From assembly GCA_051313645.2 (NCBI GenBank), contig JBNRSN020000028.1, forward strand, positions 14,880,001 through 14,944,000: a stretch of DNA of 64,000 bases, given 5' to 3'. This DNA is from Centroscyllium fabricii (Eukaryota). This document shows, one piece after another, positions 60,457-64,000 of the stretch (position 1 is the stretch's first letter; each line of letters starts with the position of its first letter). The notes beneath the pieces were generated by a model. The model was not told the origin of the DNA, did not search any database, and was given only the letters and a program-made list of their open reading frames with translations. The translations under genes were made by a program, and so were the position numbers.

Positions 60457-60860
60457 TCAGCCGTGGTTCAGTTTGTAGAACTGTCGCCTCTGAGTCAGGA
60501 GGTTGTGGGTTCAAATCCCACTCCACAGACTTGAGCATAAAGTGCTCGGCCCATCCTCCCGATGTCAGTACTGAGGGAGTGCTGCACCCTCGGAGGAGTC
60601 ACCTTTCGGACGGGTTGTTAACGTGAGGCCCTGTCTGCCCTCTCAAACGGACCTAATAGATCCCAATATTTCCAAAGGAGTTCTCCTGGTGTCCTGGCCA
60701 ATCATAATCTCTCGATCGACGTCAGCAAACATATTATCTAGGCATTATGACGTCACTGTGTGTGTGATGCTGCTGGGCCGCGACTGATGTTCCAAAGTAT
60801 TTCATTGGCTGTTAAGCAATTGGGGTCGTCGTGAAAGGCGCTCTATCAATTCCCTTTATT
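60457..60860 (+). mobile_element. DeuSINE
   Basis: Same family as 38808. Confidence 0.7.
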
Positions 60861-61038
60861 ACTTACTTTGCTCGTGTAACAGCGTTTGTAAGTTTTATTA
60901 TATATTAATTGTTAAAAAAAGGAAATGCGTGTTAGAATTAACAGTAGAAAGGTTAACCATAAATACAGGGACCAGCTGAGACCCGCCCCTGATCACAATG
61001 TTCCCCTGACGCGCTGATCTGTTGAGCGAGGCTCTGAC

Positions 61039-61384
61039 AGTTTTTGTACAGGTCCAGCCCAGCTCCGTGTCTCTGAGGGGCTCAGTGCGCAGTAATACAC
61101 CGCGGAGTCTGTCAGTTGTTTTTCAGACACATTCAGCGGGACAGTTCGGCTCGAATCATTGAGCTTCGCTGAGAAACGGTTCCCTGAAATTCTTCCTTCG
61201 TTGTTGCTGTATCTGGTTCTCTGCAGCAGATACTCTATGGATCCGCTGGGATACTGACGGTACCAGAATAGTTCAGGATTGCCGGTGCTTGTAGCTGTAT
61301 AATTACAGTGCAACTGGACATCGTCTCCTTCACTTAATGTGGTTGCAGCCGGTGTCTGTGAAACGGAGTCTCCTCGACAATGTC
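61039..61384 (-). pseudogene. TCR V exon, open frame, defective heptamer and defective own leader
   Basis: GHCRGDSVSQTP..LHCNY..FWYRQYP..DSAVYYCALS (61384-61078). RSS CTCAGAG-23-ACAAAAACT. Donor at 61472, but the leader has stops and no in-phase ATG. Confidence 0.85.
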
Positions 61385-61937
61385 CTGCAACAGCCCAGAG
61401 CGATGTTAAATTAAACAATGTCACTTCACCATGTCTATCCCCCAGAATCAGCCCGTCACCCCAAACACTTACCTGAGAAGTAAACCCGGGCAGTTCAACA
61501 GAAATACAATTCCCCACAGCTCAGGGGCTGCAACGGAACCGTGTTTGCATCGACTGAATAAACCTGCCTTTAATGAACCCTCAGCACCTTCCAACGGGAT
61601 CAGTTCCTCATCTTCACCTCTTGAGATTTGAAGGGAAATCTCCTACCGGTCTGTGGGTTTAAGATGCGTGTGTCTGTCAATGTCCACCATTGACCCCGCG
61701 GGGCGGAGCGGGTCTGTCTGCCATTCACCTGTAATCTCACCTCAACTCTTCCGCCTTCATTCACTGAGCAGTTTGTCGAGTTTGCCCAAACCGTGTTCAG
61801 TGTTGAGTCAATGTGGATCCAGATGGTTTTCTTCACTTCGGACCAACCTATATTCTTGTGTTCAGGGAACTGATTGATTCAATAAAATGTACAGGATACA
61901 GATGTAAAACACAATGTTGTGTAACTTGTGAACTTAC

Positions 61938-62431
61938 CGGTTAAGAGAGCTGCAGATAAATAGAAAATAGCACCCAACATATTAGCGGAGAGTTGATGGT
62001 GGATATGAACAGAAGGTTTGAAGCTGAAATTGTCTCATCAACAATTGGGAAGATGTTGAGTAATATCCGGTCTCTCTGCCGATTGGTGCGTTCCCGATAG
62101 AGTCAGCAGCTGACATCCAATCAGCTCTTGGCCCTTTGTTGTTCAATTCATCCAATCAATTTGTAGCTCCTTTGTTTTCAATTCAGCCAATCAGCTCACA
62201 GTTCCTTTGTTCACCAATTCATGACGTCAGAGCGGGGAGCCGAACACGGAGTGAAATTGCTCTTCAGAACTGGACGGAGATGGAACCCAATGTTCGCCCT
62301 TTAGCAGCGTCAGTCTGTGAGGTGAGAGCGGTGAAGGGCAGTGGTTAATGTTATTCTGGTATCAGAGCCGGAGACTCCCATCAAAACCAGACACCATGCG
62401 CTCCCCATGTTTCTGCTGGTCGTGCTGCCCG
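61938..62431. promoter_or_regulatory. Divergent V promoter: minus leader (61980-61938), CCAAT cluster, CRE, plus leader relic (62396-62431)
   Basis: MLGAIFYLSAALLT then GTAAGT; repeated CCAATCAGC; TGACGTCA at 62222-62229; ATGCGCTCCCCATGTTTC..CCCG then GTGAG. Confidence 0.65.
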
Positions 62432-62734
62432 GTGAGGCTACGTTTTAAGGATCGTATGTATTTCATCCAGGTAAACATCCTCTGTAACGTCTCCAGGGCC
62501 TTGACATACTTCCTAAGGTGTGAGCCCAGAATTGTACACAATAGGGAAATGGCAAAAGGGGAGTTAAGGTGCCATAGACATAATTTGTGAAGTTCATTTT
62601 TATTATCAATACGAGTTTATATCACCGAAATATTCCGCCAGGAGTCCTGACCTGTAATTATTGAGGGTTGTGTTGTGTTTCTGTTTTAAGAGGGTCCCAG
62701 TGAAGGCTGAATGGTCGCTGCTGTTTCTCAGTGT

Positions 62735-62753
62735 GAGCGCCCTCTGGTGAGCA
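62735..62753 (-). promoter_or_regulatory. CTCF motif ~20 bp downstream of RSS
   Basis: TGCTCACCAGAGGGCGCTC. Confidence 0.6.
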
Positions 62754-62772
62754 CTGACTGGAACTCAGTCTG

Positions 62773-62810
62773 GGTTTTTGTCCGGGATCCGCTGTAACTG
62801 CAGCAGTGTG
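62773..62810 (-). other. RSS with 22-bp spacer
   Basis: CACACTG-22-ACAAAAACC. Confidence 0.9.
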
Positions 62811-63242
62811 GGGCTCATAGCACAGAAATACACGGCGCTGTCCGCCACAAGAACCCTGGTGATATTTAAAGGAACCGTTTTATTTCCTTTGTGCAAAAGA
62901 GCAGAGAACCTGTCTGGTAAATCTGGAGACTGGTCTCCTGACCCCGAGATGTATTTCTTCAGTAAATATCTCGGAGCTTCCCCGGGATACTGAATGTACC
63001 AGAACAGATTTGAATTGGTTTCCGAATAACTGCAGTTCAGTATTACGGTCTGTCCCTCCTGAACCGTTAACTCAGCCGGATCCTGGGACACGGATTCTTT
63101 GCCACTCGTTCCTGTAACAAAACACAGAATGTGTCAAGAGTCTGGGAGTGAGGAGAACCCTTGGAACACACACTGACCCTTTAAACATAGACTCACCGGG
63201 CAGCACGGCCATTATTATCAGTAAGAAACACGGGGAGCACAT
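62811..63242 (-). CDS. TRAV: TCR alpha/delta V gene segment, apparently functional (leader 63242-63197, V exon 63111-62811)
   Basis: MCSPCFLLIIMAVLP|GTSGKESVSQDP..LNCSY..FWYIQYPGEAP..DSAVYFCAMS. Confidence 0.9.
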
Positions 63243-64000
63243 GGTGTCTGGGTTAGATTTAGACACAAAACAGCAGATCGGTTTAAATATGTTAACCCTT
63301 CTGTTCTTATATAACAGAGTAAACTCAGATCAGGGGCAGAACTCACTTATTGGGAGACTGAGGGGCGTTTCCCAGGGCCAGGATTGGCTGGTCTCTGAGA
63401 ACTGACACCCGCTATGAACCAATCAGAGTGAGTCGTGGATCAATTACCGAGGCCTCCCCAAAATTCTATTCCAAATCTCGCTCTGTGAGTGTCTATCTCG
63501 CTCTGTCTCTCTGTCTGCAGGTCTCTGTCTGTCTGTTTCTCTCTCTCTCCTTCTGTCTCGGTGTCACTCGCTGTTTAATTTGGTGTCGTTCTGTCTCTGT
63601 GTCTCTCTCTCTCTCTCAGTAAAGTGCAAAGTGAAATATAATTTAAACGAGTCTCCATCACCGAGTTCTCTCTACAACTAATGAACTTGATTGCTCGGCA
63701 TAACCTCAAGACTAAGCGGGATATGATAAGTGGACAGCCCTCGGCACCTGCGAGAGAGCTTTTCAAATATGAACTTCAGGATTTGTACCACTTCCAGGAC
63801 TTTTACTTGTAGCAAATGATCCTGTTATTCATCCCAGAAATCTGAAGGTCTGTGCTAAGATTGGGGTGGAAATATCTGAATTTTACCCTGTGTTAAAATG
63901 GTTGAGAAATTTCTATGATCCCAAGACTGACAGCACTGACATAATTGGAGAAACCCGATCGGATCAGGCTGTATTTTCCCATTCAGTTTCTGTGCAAACT

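Noticed and set aside
1-64000. D, J or C segments, NAR-type V, germline-joined VJ
   Set aside because: No FGxG J motif with a 12-RSS and no C1-set exon recognised; V exons end in an RSS or are truncated.

Overview
Vertebrate genomic DNA, almost certainly cartilaginous fish (HE1-type V-SINEs, DeuSINEs, shark-type CR1 LINEs), covering part of the variable-gene array of a T-cell receptor alpha/delta-type locus. I find about 15 V segments or remnants on both strands, typically a phase-1 leader exon, a short intron, a V exon and a 22-24 bp-spacer RSS. Four look intact (28797+, 38261+, 56543+, 63242-); the rest are pseudogenes or ORFs with splice or RSS defects. No D, J or C segment is visible. The V genes sit among a near-complete Tx1-clade non-LTR retrotransposon (1-~6960, minus), many CR1 LINE and SINE copies, and two large satellites that arose in place. 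One is a 10.8 kb array of 54/55-bp units amplified from the intron/exon boundary of a V gene; the other is a 5.5 kb array of 51-bp units amplified from inside a CR1 RT gene. Main leads: an orphan RSS whose heptamer abuts a retroelement 3' tail exactly (possible retrotransposition at a germline RAG break), CTCF motifs just downstream of RSSs, head-to-head V pairs sharing a CCAAT/CRE promoter, and a palindromic element with two minimal hammerhead-like motifs. All coordinates were read by eye; TE boundaries are approximate.
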